The notes beneath the pieces are model-generated. The model was not told where the DNA came from. It saw nothing but the letters and a program-made list of their open reading frames with translations, and did not search any database. Positions 61,937 through 64,000 of a DNA stretch of 64,000 bases are shown one piece after another (positions within the stretch are counted from its first letter, which is position 1; the number at the start of each line of letters is the position of its first letter). The stretch comes from Lepidodermella squamata (lineage: Eukaryota; Animalia; Gastrotricha): the NCBI GenBank assembly GCA_047495785.1, contig JBLDXI010000029.1:1550001-1614000 (forward strand), in the 5' to 3' direction. A program made the position numbers and the translations under genes.

Positions 61937-64000
61937 ATGTTACTAAAATTCTTAATTTTAATACTATGGTTTTCCGCCTCGCATTCGAAACCTTACCGGT
62001 TGAAACTTCCAATTCACCTACCGGTGAGCGGATTTGCAATCAATTTTAAACAAGCTGTTAACGTCCTTCAAATGGCGATTGATATCGTCAACAATAGAAG
62101 TGACCTTCTGCCAGAATACCACATCGAGATTGCGATAATAAACGAAGGATATGACAGCGCTCTAGCGGTTTCCTCGGCTGTAAATTTTCTCCGAAATCAA
62201 GAGGCTGAAAACACATCTTACATCGCCCCTCTCACAACAGGACTCTTATTCACGCCAAGCTGCAAAGCTTGGGCTGCGGCAGTCCACCATTTCAACATGG
62301 CAATGCTAGCCGGGAGCTGTACAGCCGACTCAATGACCGCAAGAAGGAATATCTACCCAAATTTCTACCGATCTCTTGCTCCTGGCGAGTTATCAGTAAC
62401 GGCAACTCTGTTTTTTATTCAGAAGATAGCAAATTGGACAAAATTCGTCATTATCTCTTCTTCGGTGAAATCTGCATTTGGAAGTGAAGCTTACAACCCG
62501 TTTTACGTAACAGCTCAGAGATTAGGTGTGAGATTAGGTTCAGGCGTTTGAAGCCAAGTCAGAAATCGATAGCGAAACTGCTGAGCTATTTCTCTCTAGA
62601 CATTACCGCATTTTTGTTTTCGAATCTGATAATTTCGAGTTCAACCTGAAATTGATCTGCCAGACCTACAAACGTGGAATTCGAGGAAAGAGATACATGT
62701 TTCTGATGAAATTTCTTACATACCCGGATACAGATTCGCTTCCGGAGTTTTTGCTTCGGAATATCGGCTGCACTGCGGAGCACATCCGCCAACAACTAGA
62801 ACAATCTGTATTTTTTGGATCGCCAGCCGGATGGATCATTCCGAACAATCGAACGGATCACTTAGGTATCACATTGGCGAACTTCGAACGAATTTTTCTC
62901 TCCAATTATGGCGGAAATCCGAGAACTCCGGATTATGCGTATCGACACTTGTATTACGATTTGATACTTCAAAGCCTCGTAACGCTCGACGGAGCTGATC
63001 GGGCTTTGAAATTGAAAAATCGCTCGCTCAGAGACTACCAAACCAATCCTGAAGAGGTACTACACGCAGTTAATGTAAGCTTGAGGCATGTCAGCTTCAA
63101 TAGTCTGAGATTTGGTAGCTTTCGATACTCTAATCGGGTAGAGGTGGACTACGAACCACAATTTATCGGGACTTGGAGCCCTAGAGCAGGTCTCCAAATC
63201 AGGTTCAGCCTTCAGCTCAGTGAAAACGCTTCGGACCTCAAAGACTCTTCTTCATTCAGACTTGAGACTTTCATACCAATGACCGACATCTCACTTCCAA
63301 GCGACTCCCCAAAAGAAGTTGTGACCAAGCTTGGCTTATCGGTCATTGACTTTACGGTCATTAGCCTTACTTCCTTGGTCCCCTTTACAATGCAACTAGC
63401 ATGCGTCACTCGGAACGCTCGTAAGGAAAGGCATGCAAATCGTGTGATGGATTTAGTTCTGCTTATAAGCTTTGGTCTGGGATCAGTTGGTTCGATATGT
63501 TTAGTGAGATCTCCTGGGGAGATAATTTCAGGAGCGTACTGCCCCGTAGCTATTTCCGGCATTACAGCATGTTTGAATCTAATGTACGGAGTTCTGACTG
63601 TGAATCTTTATAACGAGTTCAACGCTCTTGAACGAGAAAGTTCGACTCGTTCTCATAAGCGACGATCTACGCTTCGCATCAAAGCAGTGCCCCGGAAGCT
63701 ATTGAAAAAGTCATGTATCATTTTCGCGCCATATTTCTTGGCGATTATCGCTTGGGGGATCGCTGACATGCCCTACTTAACGATATTTTACGACTTGCCA
63801 TACTGTGATGAATCGAATGACTTGATCACACATCAAGTCGTTTCGTATTGCACCTCGAATTACTTCATTTACTGGCTTATTGTCATGATGCTGTTCGACC
63901 TGTTACTTTTGATATCAGCTGTATTACTGATTTTGAAGCTGAAAAGATTCAAGGCTTTGAAATCAAGTGTCCGCTCGAAACAGCTGAGTTTTGCTGTCAT
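61937..64000 (+). CDS. GABA-B-like class C GPCR, group F; frameshift near 62530; runs off the window end
   Basis: MLLKFLILIL start at 61937. After gagattaggtgtgagattaggt the homologous frame continues QAFEAKSEID...HYRIFVFESDNF...DYAYRHLYYD... towards the window end; the ORF track misses it, consistent with no stop before 64000. Confidence 0.85.

Noticed and set aside
1-64000. Calling the receptors GABBR1/GABBR2, or receptor guanylyl cyclases or iGluRs
   Set aside because: Too divergent and too numerous for orthologue symbols. They have seven TM segments and no kinase, cyclase or pore domain.

Overview
Compact animal (invertebrate-type) genomic DNA with short GT-AG introns, mostly about 45-60 nt. 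I cannot identify the species. The window is dominated by a tandem cluster of 15 recognisable, highly divergent GABA-B-like class C GPCR genes and pseudogenes (signal peptide, Venus-flytrap domain, 7TM, no cysteine-rich linker, short tail). They fall into six sequence groups that I label A-F: A and C are intron-rich, B, D, E and F are intronless, and several copies are frameshifted or deleted. Interspersed are: a MAM-astacin-3xMAM metalloprotease gene; a small heat-shock protein gene with extreme codon bias; two two-exon Ly6/uPAR three-finger genes that the ORF track misses and that were co-duplicated with the receptors; several MITEs; and a young Ty3/Gypsy LTR retrotransposon (32034-39843, 5-bp TSD). 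The retrotransposon's pol tail is split by a 3.2-kb non-autonomous TIR element (8-bp TSD) that carries a spliced gene for a six-repeat cysteine-rich protein. One receptor pseudogene contains a near-perfect 120-bp fold-back. Family assignments come from motif recognition by eye, not database searches.
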